Source: Microbacteriaceae bacterium (GTDB lineage: Bacteria > Actinomycetota > Actinomycetes > Actinomycetales > Microbacteriaceae). Taken from it: a DNA stretch of 64,000 nucleotides. Each line of letters starts with the position of its first letter. Position 1 is the first letter of the stretch. The stretch spans positions 7,725-71,724 of the forward strand of contig JACMNE010000004.1 in NCBI GenBank assembly GCA_014378715.1. The letters run 5' to 3'. The translations under genes and the position numbers were made by a program. The notes beneath the pieces were generated by a model. That model was not told where the DNA came from and ran no database searches. It saw nothing but the letters and a program-made list of their open reading frames with translations. Shown one piece after another: positions 31,518-45,275 of the stretch.

Positions 31518-31948
31518 CCGACCTTCCCGAGGCGCTCGCGCAGATCCGCGACGACTTCCTCGGACTCGCCCAGTCCGAGCGCCTGATGCTGCTGCTCGAG
31601 TTCTCGGACGAGCTGCCCGATCTGCCGGAGCGGTTCGCCGAGCACCCCGACCTACTCGAGCGCGTCGAGGAGTGCCAGGCGCCCGTCTTCATCTTCGTGG
31701 AGGTCGACGACGCCGGGATCGTGCTCCTGCACGCCACCGCGCCGAAGGAGGCGCCGACGACCCGCGGCTTCGCCTCGATCCTCGTGCAGGGGCTGGCCGG
31801 GCTCACCGCGCAGCAGGTCCTCGACGTGCCGGAGGACTTCCCGCAGATGATCGGCCTCGGCGCGGCGATCTCGCCGCTGCGGCTGCGCGGGATGAACGCG
31901 TTGCTCAGTCGAACCAGGCGCCAGGTGCGCGCGAAGATCGCGGCGTGA
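31514..31948 (+). CDS. sufE: SufE-like cysteine desulfuration protein
   Basis: 144 aa, [32 protein letters not shown]...[13 protein letters not shown] (conserved Cys). ATGA overlap with the upstream stop. Confidence 0.85.
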   Translation: MTDLPEALAQIRDDFLGLAQSERLMLLLEFSDELPDLPERFAEHPDLLERVEECQAPVFIFVEVDDAGIVLLHATAPKEAPTTRGFASILVQGLAGLTAQQVLDVPEDFPQMIGLGAAISPLRLRGMNALLSRTRRQVRAKIAA

Positions 31949-32721
31949 TCCTCACCCGGGTGGTGCCGGGCGGCGATGCGGGCGGCCCGGGTTCCGTCGA
32001 CACGGACTCGGACGGCGCCCGCGACGACCTGCGCTCCTGGTACGCTGCCCCGCGCCCCGACTGGCTACGGCTCAACCTCATCTGCAGCGTCAACGGCAGC
32101 GCCGTGGGCGCCGACGGCACCTCGGAGACCCTCACCAACCGCGCCGACCGCGCCATCCTCGGCGCCATCCGCAGCCTCGCCGACGTGATCCTCGTCGGGG
32201 CGGCCAGCGTGCGCGCCGAGGGCTACCATCTACCCAAGACCGCGAGACTCGCGATCGTCACCGCGAGCGGTGACCTGGCCGGCCACCGCATCCTCGGTGA
32301 GGCTGCCGCGGGCCGCATCCTGGTGCTCTGCCCGACATCCGCTCGAGAATCCGTGATCGACTCCCTCGGCGGCCTGGCAGCGGATGTGGTGCCCGTGGCC
32401 GATGACGGAGGCCAGCTGACACCTCGTGCGATGCTCGACGCGCTGTCCGCCCTCGGGCTGCGGCACGTCGTCTGCGAGGGCGGCCCGGCACTCGCCGTGC
32501 AGATGCTCGATGCGGGCCTCGTCGACGAGCTGTGCCTGTCGACCGGTCCCGTGCTCGCCGGGCTTCCGTCAACGGGGGGCCCGCTCACGGCCCTCGGGGT
32601 GAACATCGAACGGCGGCTGCGCCTCGACCAGCTGCTCGTCGACGACGGCAGTGGGCTCTACGCGCGCTGGGGAGTCACGATGGAGTGGCCCCGGCACGGA
32701 GGGTTGCCAGCCAGTCGGTGA
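31945..32721 (+). CDS. RibD C-terminal domain / dihydrofolate-reductase-like protein
   Basis: GTG 31945 overlaps the sufE stop (GTGA). ILVGAASVRAEGY and VVCEGGPALAVQMLDAGLVDELCLS are typical of pyrimidine-reductase-fold proteins. Confidence 0.7.
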   Translation: MILTRVVPGGDAGGPGSVDTDSDGARDDLRSWYAAPRPDWLRLNLICSVNGSAVGADGTSETLTNRADRAILGAIRSLADVILVGAASVRAEGYHLPKTARLAIVTASGDLAGHRILGEAAAGRILVLCPTSARESVIDSLGGLAADVVPVADDGGQLTPRAMLDALSALGLRHVVCEGGPALAVQMLDAGLVDELCLSTGPVLAGLPSTGGPLTALGVNIERRLRLDQLLVDDGSGLYARWGVTMEWPRHGGLPASR

Positions 32722-33901
32722 TCTGCCGGTCGAAGCGCTCCGGGTCCAGGTTCCAGAGCTTCGCGTGCCGGGCGACCGACCACCGGTGGTAGGTCACGAT
32801 GTCGGGGCGGGCGGCGGCCAGGGCGGCGGACGCCACCTCGGGCACGAACCCGTCGTCGGAGCTGTGCAGCAGAAGCACGGGCACCCGCAGCTCGTCGCCG
32901 CGGAGCACGAAGTCGAGGGTCTTCAGGTCGATCGGCGCGTCCTGGCCGGTCAGGCGGTGCGCGCGCGGGCTGCCGAGCAGCGACAGGGCTGCACGGCTCA
33001 CCCCGGGCGGTACCCGCCGCTCGCTGGCCTGGAAGGACAGCGTCGGCACCCAGTCGACGACGGGTGACTCGAGCACGATACCCCGGACGACCCCGGCGAC
33101 CGCCGAGTTCGCCACGGTCTGCAGCACGGTCGCCCCGCCCATCGACCAGCCCATGAGCACGATGTCGGTCGCCCCGTTGTTCGTGGCGAAGCGGATCGCG
33201 GCGTCGACGTCGAGCCACTCCGTTCCGCCGAGCCCGTAGCGCCGGTCGGGACTGGCGGGTGCATTGCCGTCGTTCCGCCAGGAGATCAGCAGGCTGTGGT
33301 AGCCGGCGGCGCGGAACGCGGGAACCGCCCGCAGGCCCTCGGCCCGGGTGACGCCGCGTCCGTGCACCTGGATGACCCAGCGGCCCGTGCCGGCAGTGAC
33401 CGCGGCACTGCCCGACTCGGACTGCGCGCGGACAAGCCATGCGGGGGCCGGGCCGATGCCGGTCGGCACCGACACGCTCTCCCAGGCGAAGCCGAGATCG
33501 TGTGGCGACAGGTGGAACCAGCCGCCGTAGCGCCCGCGGCGGGCCGTCGCCAGGTCGCCGAAGTCGATGCCGAGCACGGCGCGGGTGACCGACACGGGGG
33601 TGGACGAGACCACATCTCCCAGGCGGGCGTGACCGGTGTCTCCCGAGAACCAGAGACCGTACCTGCCGGGCACGAGGGCGTCCGGCGAGCGGTCCAGCGT
33701 GACGGTGCGCCCGACCGGGTCGGACGAGAGGATGCGCACCCGTTCGGCGGCGGTGCGCGGCGGGGTCACGGCGATCCGCGCGACGAGCACGGTCAGGGCT
33801 GCGAGCGAGATGGCGACCACGGAGGCGAGGGCGGATCCCGCGATGATCACGGTTGTCCACGGGCGACTGGCGCGAACGGCGTGCCTCCCCGGATCTATCA
33901 C
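32675..33901 (-). CDS. Membrane-anchored alpha/beta hydrolase
   Basis: 408 aa with N-terminal TM helix and nucleophile elbow GWSMGG. Its 3' end overlaps the convergent 31945..32721 CDS by 47 nt. Confidence 0.8.
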   Translation of the reverse strand: MIDPGRHAVRASRPWTTVIIAGSALASVVAISLAALTVLVARIAVTPPRTAAERVRILSSDPVGRTVTLDRSPDALVPGRYGLWFSGDTGHARLGDVVSSTPVSVTRAVLGIDFGDLATARRGRYGGWFHLSPHDLGFAWESVSVPTGIGPAPAWLVRAQSESGSAAVTAGTGRWVIQVHGRGVTRAEGLRAVPAFRAAGYHSLLISWRNDGNAPASPDRRYGLGGTEWLDVDAAIRFATNNGATDIVLMGWSMGGATVLQTVANSAVAGVVRGIVLESPVVDWVPTLSFQASERRVPPGVSRAALSLLGSPRAHRLTGQDAPIDLKTLDFVLRGDELRVPVLLLHSSDDGFVPEVASAALAAARPDIVTYHRWSVARHAKLWNLDPERFDRQITDWLATLRAGATPS

Positions 33902-33923
33902 GGTCGAACTTTAGTCTTCACTC

Positions 33924-34520
33924 GTGCCCGTCACCGTAGCAGGATCCCCTGCCCCGCCCCTGTTCGCCTCGGCGCTCGACGCCATCCGCGCCGCGAACCC
34001 GCGCGCCGAGCTCGACGTCGCCGAGATCCGGGCCCCGGCCGGCGTCGCCCCCTACGCCGTCGCCCTGTCCGCCGACGTCACCTCGGCCAGGCACGAGGGC
34101 GACTCCGAGCAGGGCACCGGCCGCTTCGTACTGCTGCATGACCCGGCCGCCCCCGACGCCTGGGGGGGCGTGTTCCGGGTGGTCTGCTTCGTGCAGGCTC
34201 CGCTCGAGACGGACATCGGCGTCGACCCCTTTCTGGCGGATGTCGCGTGGTCCTGGCTGGTCGGCGCGCTCGACGCGCACGGGGCGGCCTATCGCTCCCT
34301 CTCCGGCACCGCGACGAAGATCCTCTCGAGCGGCTACGGGGAGCTTGCCGACCAAGGCGACGGGGCACAGATCGAGTTGCGCGCCTCGTGGACCCCCACC
34401 GACGCCAGGATGTCCTCGCATGTGGAAGGCTGGGGGGAATTACTGTGCATGTTGGCGGGACTTCCGCCGACCATCGAAGGAGTGACCACTTTGTCGTCTC
34501 GTCGTCTTGGACGTGATTAG
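33924..34520 (+). CDS. DUF3000 domain protein
   Basis: 198 aa, GTGRFVLLHDPAAPDAWGGVFRVVCFVQAPLE. Conserved actinobacterial partner upstream of RNase D. Confidence 0.75.
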   Translation: MPVTVAGSPAPPLFASALDAIRAANPRAELDVAEIRAPAGVAPYAVALSADVTSARHEGDSEQGTGRFVLLHDPAAPDAWGGVFRVVCFVQAPLETDIGVDPFLADVAWSWLVGALDAHGAAYRSLSGTATKILSSGYGELADQGDGAQIELRASWTPTDARMSSHVEGWGELLCMLAGLPPTIEGVTTLSSRRLGRD

Positions 34521-35769
34521 CGTTAGTCGCGACACGCCGCCCGTGACCGGGGAAGCCGTCCAGCTCCCCCATGCCCTCGTCTCCGTCATCGACTCACGCG
34601 AGGGATACCTCGCCGCCGTGGACGCGATCGCAGCCGGGCACGGTCCCATCGCGATCGACGCCGAGCGTGCCTCCGGTTTTCGCTACTCTCAGCGCGCCTA
34701 CCTGATCCAGGTCTTCCGGCGCGGCTCTGGCATCTTCCTCTTCGATCCCCCGGCGATCGGCTCCTTCAGCGAACTCGACGACGTCATTCGCAACGATGAG
34801 TGGATCCTGCACGCGGCCAGCCAGGACCTCGCCTGCCTGCGCGAGGTCGGTCTCGACCCCACCCGCATCTTCGACACCGAGCTCGGGGCGCGGCTTGCGG
34901 GCCTGCCCCGCGTCGGACTCGGCACCGTCGTGGAGGCGCTCCTCGGGGTACACCTCGCGAAGGAGCACTCGGCGGCCGACTGGTCGACGCGTCCCCTCCC
35001 CCAGTCATGGCTCGTCTACGCCGCCCTCGATGTCGAACTGCTCGTGGACCTCAGGGAAGCGATGGGCGGTGTGATCCAGGAGCAGCGCAAGACGCGCATC
35101 GCCGAGGAGGAGTTCGCCGCCGTGCTCACCCGCGAGGCCAAGCCACCGCGGATCGACGCGTGGCGCCGGCTCACCGGGCTCAGCTCCCTGCGCCACGTGC
35201 GCAACCTCGCCGTCGCCCGCGAGCTGTGGCTCGCCAGGGACGAGTACGCGCGCGAGATCGACACCTCGCCGGGTCGCCTGGTCCCGGACTCCGCGATCGT
35301 CGCGGCCGCCAGAGTGCTGCCGGCGACCAAGCGCGACCTTGCCGCCCTGCGCGAGTTCAGCGGTCGCGCGAGCCGGTCGGAGCTCGACCGCTGGTGGGAT
35401 GCCATGGAACGGGGACTGGCCACGACCGACATGCCGCCCCTGCACATCGCGAACGAATCGCCGTTCCCGCCCGCCCGCGTCTGGAGCGAGAGGAACCCCA
35501 CCGCCGACCGCCGGCTCAAGGCGTCCCGCGCCGGGGTCGCCGAGGTCGGCGCGCTCCTCGACGTGCCCGTCGAGAACCTGCTGACCCCCGAATCGCTGCG
35601 CCGCCTCGCCTGGGCGCCGCCCGAACCGCTCGATCTCGTGGGCATTCGCTCGGCACTGGAGAACCTCGGGGCCCGTCGCTGGCAGGTTGACGCAACCGCA
35701 CAGGTAATCCTCAATGCCTTTGTAGATGCTGGCCAAAGCGACGCGGACGCCCCCGAGGCGACGTCGTAG
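34507..35769 (+). CDS. rnd: Ribonuclease D (3'-5' exonuclease plus HRDC domain)
   Basis: DEDD exonuclease motifs IAIDAERASGFRYSQRAYLIQV, HAASQDL, YAALDVELL. Exact start is uncertain (TTG 34507 or GTG 34513). Confidence 0.85.
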   Translation: MDVISVSRDTPPVTGEAVQLPHALVSVIDSREGYLAAVDAIAAGHGPIAIDAERASGFRYSQRAYLIQVFRRGSGIFLFDPPAIGSFSELDDVIRNDEWILHAASQDLACLREVGLDPTRIFDTELGARLAGLPRVGLGTVVEALLGVHLAKEHSAADWSTRPLPQSWLVYAALDVELLVDLREAMGGVIQEQRKTRIAEEEFAAVLTREAKPPRIDAWRRLTGLSSLRHVRNLAVARELWLARDEYAREIDTSPGRLVPDSAIVAAARVLPATKRDLAALREFSGRASRSELDRWWDAMERGLATTDMPPLHIANESPFPPARVWSERNPTADRRLKASRAGVAEVGALLDVPVENLLTPESLRRLAWAPPEPLDLVGIRSALENLGARRWQVDATAQVILNAFVDAGQSDADAPEATS

Positions 35770-35844
35770 GAAGAGTCAAACGATTCCTGAGGCTTTTTTC
35801 GCGAGCCTAGGATCGCAGCATCCCGTTATCGAGTTGGAGGCATT

Positions 35845-37059
35845 GTGGCCGAGAGAGCTGAAGTCGTATTCGTGGACGGGGTCAGGACCCCGTTCGGTCG
35901 CGCCGGCGAGAAGGGCATGTACTGGCAGACCAGGGCCGACGACCTCATTGTCAAGGCCATGATCGGACTGCTCGAACGCAACCCGAACGTGCCGAAGGAC
36001 CGCATCGACGAGGTGGCGATCGCCGCGACCACCCAGACCGGTGATCAGGGGCTGACCCTGGGTCGCACAGCCGCCCTCCTCGCCGGGCTGCCGAAGTCCG
36101 TTCCCGGCTACGCCATCGAGCGGATGTGCGCCGGTGCCATGACGGCCGTGACCACCACCGCCGGGGCGATCGCCTTCGGCGCCTACGACCTCGCCATCGC
36201 TGGCGGCGTCGAGCACATGGGCCGCCACCCGATGGGCTTCGGCGCCGACCCCAACCCGCGGTTCATGGCCGAGAAGCTCGTGAGCGCCGACGCCCTCAAC
36301 ATGGGCAATACAGCCGAGCGCATCCACGACCGCTTCCCGCTCCTCACCAAGGAGCGCGCCGACCGCTTCGCGTTCGGCAGCCAGCGCAAGACCGCTGAAG
36401 CTTACGCGGCAGGCAAGATCCAGCCCGACCTGATCGCCGTCGCGACGCGAAACGCGAACGGCTGGGGGCTGGCCACCGCCGACGAGGGCCCCCGCCCCGA
36501 GACCACCATGGAGGGACTCGCGGGCCTCCGCACCCCCTTCCGTGCCCACGGACGCGTGACGGCCGGCAACTCCTCCGGTCTCAACGACGGCGCCACCGCG
36601 AGCCTGCTGGCGAGCGCCGACGCAGCCAAGGAGTTCGGACTCACCACCAAGATGCGCCTGGTCAGCTTCGCTTTCGCCGGGGTCGAGCCGGAAATCATGG
36701 GGATCGGCCCGGTGCCGTCCACCGAAAAGGCCCTCCGCAAGGCCGGCCTCACGATCGCCGACATCGGCCTGTTCGAGCTCAACGAGGCCTTCGCCGTCCA
36801 GGTGCTCTCGCTGCTCGACCACTTCGGCATCGACGACGAGGACCCCCGGGTCAACATGTGGGGCGGCGCGATCGCCGTCGGCCACCCGCTCGCCTCCTCC
36901 GGGGTGCGTCTGATGATCCAGCTCGCCGCCCAGTTCGAGGAGCACCCCGAGGTGCGCTACGGCCTCACCGCCATGTGCGTCGGCCTCGGCCAGGGGGGTT
37001 CGGTCATCTGGGAGAACCCGCACTTCACCGGCAAGAGCAAAGCAAGGAAGGCCAAGTAG
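35845..37059 (+). CDS. fadA: Acetyl-CoA C-acyltransferase (thiolase)
   Basis: 404 aa, catalytic Cys region IERMCAGAM, C-terminal TAMCVGLGQGG. Confidence 0.9.
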   Translation: MAERAEVVFVDGVRTPFGRAGEKGMYWQTRADDLIVKAMIGLLERNPNVPKDRIDEVAIAATTQTGDQGLTLGRTAALLAGLPKSVPGYAIERMCAGAMTAVTTTAGAIAFGAYDLAIAGGVEHMGRHPMGFGADPNPRFMAEKLVSADALNMGNTAERIHDRFPLLTKERADRFAFGSQRKTAEAYAAGKIQPDLIAVATRNANGWGLATADEGPRPETTMEGLAGLRTPFRAHGRVTAGNSSGLNDGATASLLASADAAKEFGLTTKMRLVSFAFAGVEPEIMGIGPVPSTEKALRKAGLTIADIGLFELNEAFAVQVLSLLDHFGIDDEDPRVNMWGGAIAVGHPLASSGVRLMIQLAAQFEEHPEVRYGLTAMCVGLGQGGSVIWENPHFTGKSKARKAK

Positions 37060-39186
37060 ATGACCCCCCGCTACGACGATCTCACCGCCATGTCCGCTGA
37101 CGAGGTCGTCACGCACTCCTATGTGCGCGACATCCGCTTGTGGAGCGGCAAGACGCTCGCCCTTGTCACGCTCGACAACGACCGCGACCACACCCGCCCG
37201 TCGACCCTCGGCCCCGTCACCCTGATCGAGCTCGGCGAGGTGCTCGACGCCCAGGCGGCGCGGGCCGCGGCCGGCGAGATCCAGGCCGTTGCCGTCACCG
37301 GCAAGCCGTACATCCTTGCCGCGGGCGCAGACCTGAGCAAGATCGACGACATCCCGAGCCGCGACGTGGCGAAGCAGCTGGCGCAGCTCGGCCACGAGGT
37401 GCTCGGCAAGCTCGATTCGCTCGGCGCTCCGTCGTTCGTGTTCGTCAACGGGCTCGCGCTCGGCGGCGGGCTTGAGATCGCGCTCAACGCGAACTACCGC
37501 ACCATCGACCGCGGGGTGCCCGCCATCGCTCTGCCCGAGGTCTTCCTGGGGATCATCCCCGGCTGGGGAGGCGCCTGGCTGCTGCCGAACCTGATCGGCA
37601 TCGAGAATGCGCTCAAGGTCATCATCGAGAACCCGCTCAAGAACAACCGCACCCTGAAGGGCCAGGACGCCTTCGAGCTGGGGATCGCCGACGCGATCTT
37701 CGACTCGGCGAACTTCCTCGAGGACTCGCTGCGCTGGGCCGACGGGGTCATCTCCGGCTCGGTCACGGTCAAGCGGCCGAACGAGCCAGGCAAGCTCGAG
37801 CGCGCCGTAAAGTGGGACGCCGCCGTCGGCATCGCCCGCAAGATGCTCGAGAACCGGATCGGCACCGTGGCGAAGTCGCCGTACGCCGCGCTCGACCTGT
37901 TGAAGGCCGCCAAGAACACCGACCGCTCGACCGGGTTCGCCGCCGAGGACGATGCCCTCGCCGACCTGATCGCCGGCGACCAGTTCAAGGCGAGCATCTA
38001 CGCCTTCAACCTCGTGCAGAAGCGGGCCAAGCGTCCGGCCGGAGCTCCCGACAAAAAGCTCGCCAAGCCGGTCACCAAGGTCGGCGTGATCGGGGCCGGC
38101 CTCATGGCCAGCCAGTTCGCGCTTCTCTTCGTGCGCCGACTGAAGGTGCCGGTGGTCATCACCGACCTCGACCAGGCCCGCGTCGACAAGGGGGTCGCCT
38201 ATATCCACGGCGAGATCGACACCCTCCTCACCAAGGGACGCATCAACGGCGACGAGTCGAACCGGCTCAAGGCGCTCGTCACCGGCACTACCGACAAGTC
38301 GCTCTTCGCCGACGCGGACTGGGTCATCGAGGCGGTCTTCGAGGAGCTGTCGGTGAAGCAGGACGTCTTCGCCGAGATCGAGAAGTACGTCTCCGACACG
38401 GCCGTGCTGGCGACGAACACCTCGTCGCTGTCGGTCGAGCAGATCGGTGCGAAGCTCGCCCATCCCGAGCGGCTCGTCGGATTCCACTTCTTCAACCCGG
38501 TCGCCGTGATGCCGCTGGTCGAGGTCGTCAACCAGCCGGCCACCGACGAGGCGACGCTCAGCACCGCCATGGTCGTCGCGGCACAGCTGTACAAAAACGC
38601 CGTCATCACCACCGACACCCCGGGATTCGTGGTGAACCGCATCCTCGCCAAACTGCTCGGCGAGGCGATGCACGCCGTCGACACCGGAACGCCATTCGAG
38701 GTGGTCAACGGGGCGATCGCCCCGTTCGGCCTGCCGATGACCCCGTTCGAGCTCCTCGAGCTCGTCGGGTTGAAGGTCGGCGCGCACGTGCTCGACACCC
38801 ACCACGCGGCCTTCCCCGACCGCTTCTTCGACAGCGCGAACCTGCACGCCCTCGCCGAGCACGGACAGGTCTTCGAGCGGGACGCCAAGGGCAGGGTCAA
38901 GGGCTTCGACAGGAAGGCCGTGGCGATCGTCAAGGGCGGGACCAGCCCGATGACGGCGGAGGAGATCCTCCGCCGGGTCGAGGATGGCCTGGCCGACGAG
39001 ATCCACCGGATGCTGGAGGAGAACGTCGTGGCGGCCCCCGAGGACATCGACCTCTGCCTCATCCTCGGCGCCGGCTGGCCGTTCCAGATGGGCGGGGCGA
39101 CGCCGTACCTCGACCGCGTCGGCGCCTCGCACCGCGCCTTCGGCGGCACCTTCCACACCCCGCTCATCCGGGGCCTGGCCAGCTAG
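37060..39186 (+). CDS. fadB: Fatty-acid oxidation multifunctional enzyme (enoyl-CoA hydratase / 3-hydroxyacyl-CoA dehydrogenase)
   Basis: 708 aa with an N-terminal crotonase fold and Rossmann VGVIGAGLMASQFA. Starts directly after the fadA stop. Confidence 0.9.
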   Translation: MTPRYDDLTAMSADEVVTHSYVRDIRLWSGKTLALVTLDNDRDHTRPSTLGPVTLIELGEVLDAQAARAAAGEIQAVAVTGKPYILAAGADLSKIDDIPSRDVAKQLAQLGHEVLGKLDSLGAPSFVFVNGLALGGGLEIALNANYRTIDRGVPAIALPEVFLGIIPGWGGAWLLPNLIGIENALKVIIENPLKNNRTLKGQDAFELGIADAIFDSANFLEDSLRWADGVISGSVTVKRPNEPGKLERAVKWDAAVGIARKMLENRIGTVAKSPYAALDLLKAAKNTDRSTGFAAEDDALADLIAGDQFKASIYAFNLVQKRAKRPAGAPDKKLAKPVTKVGVIGAGLMASQFALLFVRRLKVPVVITDLDQARVDKGVAYIHGEIDTLLTKGRINGDESNRLKALVTGTTDKSLFADADWVIEAVFEELSVKQDVFAEIEKYVSDTAVLATNTSSLSVEQIGAKLAHPERLVGFHFFNPVAVMPLVEVVNQPATDEATLSTAMVVAAQLYKNAVITTDTPGFVVNRILAKLLGEAMHAVDTGTPFEVVNGAIAPFGLPMTPFELLELVGLKVGAHVLDTHHAAFPDRFFDSANLHALAEHGQVFERDAKGRVKGFDRKAVAIVKGGTSPMTAEEILRRVEDGLADEIHRMLEENVVAAPEDIDLCLILGAGWPFQMGGATPYLDRVGASHRAFGGTFHTPLIRGLAS

Positions 39187-39200
39187 ACCACGGGTGGTCA

Positions 39201-39306
39201 GGTCATCATTCAGGAGTTTCGCGCCGAAGCCGGTCAGAACCGGCCATAATCAAGCCCCAGGACTTGTTCGCGACGGGTTTGACGGCCGGACTCCTGAATG
39301 ATGACC
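39201..39306. repeat. 17-bp perfect inverted repeat flanking a 72-nt spacer (convergent intergenic region)
   Basis: GGTCATCATTCAGGAGT (39201-39217) and ACTCCTGAATGATGACC (39290-39306). Inner hairpin GCCGG-TCAGAA-CCGGC. Relatively AT-rich. Confidence 0.8.
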
Positions 39307-39317
39307 AGATCGATGGG

Positions 39318-40301
<984 letters not shown>

Positions 40302-40345
40302 CTGCTTAGGCTATGACCCCGAAGCTGGATGCTGGGTGCGGAAAT

Positions 40346-42304
40346 TCAATCCGGGCGGGCCGCGGATTCCGTGCCGACGCCGCGGCTGAGAGCCGAGTCG
40401 CCCTGCAGCGGGCGGGCGACGGGGATCTTGCTCCCGAGCACCTGCTCGACGATGTCCCTGGCGATCTGCTGTGCTGTCAGCCCGACGTCCTCGAGGATCT
40501 GCGCGCGTGTGGCGTGGTCGAGGAACTCGTCCGGCAGGCCAAGCTCGGTCACCGGGGTGTCGACCCCGGCCGCGCGCAGGTCCTGGCGGATGCGGGTTCC
40601 GACCCCTCCGACGCGGATGCCGTCCTCGAGGGAGACGACCAGGCGGTGGTCGGCGGCAAGCGAGATGACGCTCTCCGGAACCGGGACGACCCAGCGAGGG
40701 TCGACGACAGTCGCGCCGATGCCCTGCGCGGCGAGCCGTTTGGCGACGTCGAGTCCGACCTCGGCCATCGGCCCGACGGTGACGATCAGCACGTCGGGGT
40801 GGTCGGCCTCCGAGAGCACGTCGACGCCGTCGTCGAGGCGGCGCACGGCCTCGAATTCGCGGCCGACGGTGCCCTTCGAGAAGCGCACGACGGTGGGACC
40901 GTCGGAGACCGCCACGGCCTCGCCGAGCTCCTCACGCAGCCGGGCGGCGTCGCGCGGCGCGCTCAGGCGGATTCCGGGGATGACCTGCAGGATCGCGAGG
41001 TCCCACATGCCGTGGTGGCTGGGCCCGTCCGGCCCCGTGACCCCAGCGCGGTCGAGCACGAATGTGACGCCTGCCCGGTGGAGGGCGACGTCCATCAGCA
41101 CTTGGTCGAAGGCGCGATTGATGAAGGTCGCATAGAGCGCCACGACGGGGTGGAGCCCGCCGAATGCCATCCCGGCCGCCGAGGTGACTGCGTGCTGTTC
41201 GGCGATACCCACGTCGAGCACCCGGTCGGGATACTTCTCGGCGAACCTGTGCAGCCCGGTGGGGCGGAGCATCGCCGCAGTGATCCCTACGATGTTCGAG
41301 TCCGCGTCGGCGAGCTTCACGATCTCGTCCGAGAACACGGAGGTCCAGGACGGGGCGCCGGGCCCTCCGATGGGCTCGCCCGTTTCCGGGTCGATCTGGC
41401 CGACGGCGTGGAACTGGTCGGCATCGTCGTGCACGGCTGGCCCGTAACCGCGGCCCTTCTGCGTGATCGCGTGCACAATGACCGGTGCGCCATAGTTCTT
41501 GGCCTGCTCCAGCGCCTCGCGCATGGCGGAGATGTCGTGACCGTCGATCGGCCCGATGTACTTGATGTCGAGGTTGGAGTAGAGCGCCTCGTTGTTGGAG
41601 AACCGGGCGAGGAACCCGTGCATGCCGCCGCGGACCCCGCGGTAGATCGCTTGGCCGGGGGCGCCGAAGCGGTCGAAGAGGTCGCGGCTCGACAGGTACA
41701 GCTCCCGGTAGGAGCGGCGGGTGCGCACGGTGTTGAGGAACCTGGCCATCCCGCCGATCGTGGGGGCGTAGGAGCGTCCGTTGTCATTGACGACGATGAC
41801 GAGCTTGCGCTTGTTGTCGTCGCTGATGTTGTTGAGCGCCTCCCAGGTCATGCCCCCGGTGAGCGATCCGTCGCCGACGACGGCGATGACGTGCCGGTCG
41901 CCCTGGCCGGTCATGGCGAAGGAGCGGGAGATGCCGTCCGCCCAGGACAGCGAGCTGGAGGCGTGGGAGCTCTCGACAACGTCGTGCACCGACTCGGAGC
42001 GCTGCGGGTAGCCGGCGAGGCCGCCCCGCTCCCGCAGGTGCGAGAAGTCCTGGCGGCCGGTGAGCAGCTTGTGCACGTAGGACTGGTGTCCGGTGTCGAA
42101 GACGATCGGGTCTCGCGGCGAGTCGAAGACCCGGTGGATCGCGATCGTGAGCTCGACGACGCCGAGGTTGGGGCCGAGGTGGCCGCCGGTCTTCGAGACC
42201 TCGCGCACGAGGAACTCGCGCACGTCCCGCGCGACCTGGACGAGCTGACCGGGGGTCAGGGAGTCGAGGTCGCGCGGACCATGAATGTTCTCGAGCAGAG
42301 TCAT
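40346..42304 (-). CDS. dxs: 1-deoxy-D-xylulose-5-phosphate synthase
   Basis: 652 aa, GHQSYVHKLLTGR, and TPP motif GDGSLTGGMTWEALNN. Confidence 0.95.
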   Translation of the reverse strand: MTLLENIHGPRDLDSLTPGQLVQVARDVREFLVREVSKTGGHLGPNLGVVELTIAIHRVFDSPRDPIVFDTGHQSYVHKLLTGRQDFSHLRERGGLAGYPQRSESVHDVVESSHASSSLSWADGISRSFAMTGQGDRHVIAVVGDGSLTGGMTWEALNNISDDNKRKLVIVVNDNGRSYAPTIGGMARFLNTVRTRRSYRELYLSSRDLFDRFGAPGQAIYRGVRGGMHGFLARFSNNEALYSNLDIKYIGPIDGHDISAMREALEQAKNYGAPVIVHAITQKGRGYGPAVHDDADQFHAVGQIDPETGEPIGGPGAPSWTSVFSDEIVKLADADSNIVGITAAMLRPTGLHRFAEKYPDRVLDVGIAEQHAVTSAAGMAFGGLHPVVALYATFINRAFDQVLMDVALHRAGVTFVLDRAGVTGPDGPSHHGMWDLAILQVIPGIRLSAPRDAARLREELGEAVAVSDGPTVVRFSKGTVGREFEAVRRLDDGVDVLSEADHPDVLIVTVGPMAEVGLDVAKRLAAQGIGATVVDPRWVVPVPESVISLAADHRLVVSLEDGIRVGGVGTRIRQDLRAAGVDTPVTELGLPDEFLDHATRAQILEDVGLTAQQIARDIVEQVLGSKIPVARPLQGDSALSRGVGTESAARPD

Positions 42305-42339
42305 GCGTGCGAGTCTACGTCGGCCACAGTGGACGAGGC

Positions 42340-45162
<2,823 letters not shown>

Positions 45163-45275
45163 GTCGTTGTCTCCCTTGCTGAACTGTGCCAATCCTGACC
45201 GCCGGGTTGCCGCGTCGCCAGCAAGGCAAGCCTAAGTGACCGCCGGTTGCTGCGGCGAGGATCCGCCGTCAAAAC

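Noticed and set aside
35770-35844. Possible terminator or leader structure between rnd and fadA (CCTGAGGC-TTTTTTCGCGA-GCCTAGG)
   Set aside because: The stem is only 4-5 bp with mismatches, which is not convincing as a terminator or regulatory RNA.
35776-39156. 1126-aa minus-strand ORF covering fadA-fadB
   Set aside because: It is antisense to two well-conserved genes. The composition is dominated by Arg/Gly/Asp/Val/Leu and there is no recognisable domain. This is a typical long open antisense frame of a 70% GC genome.
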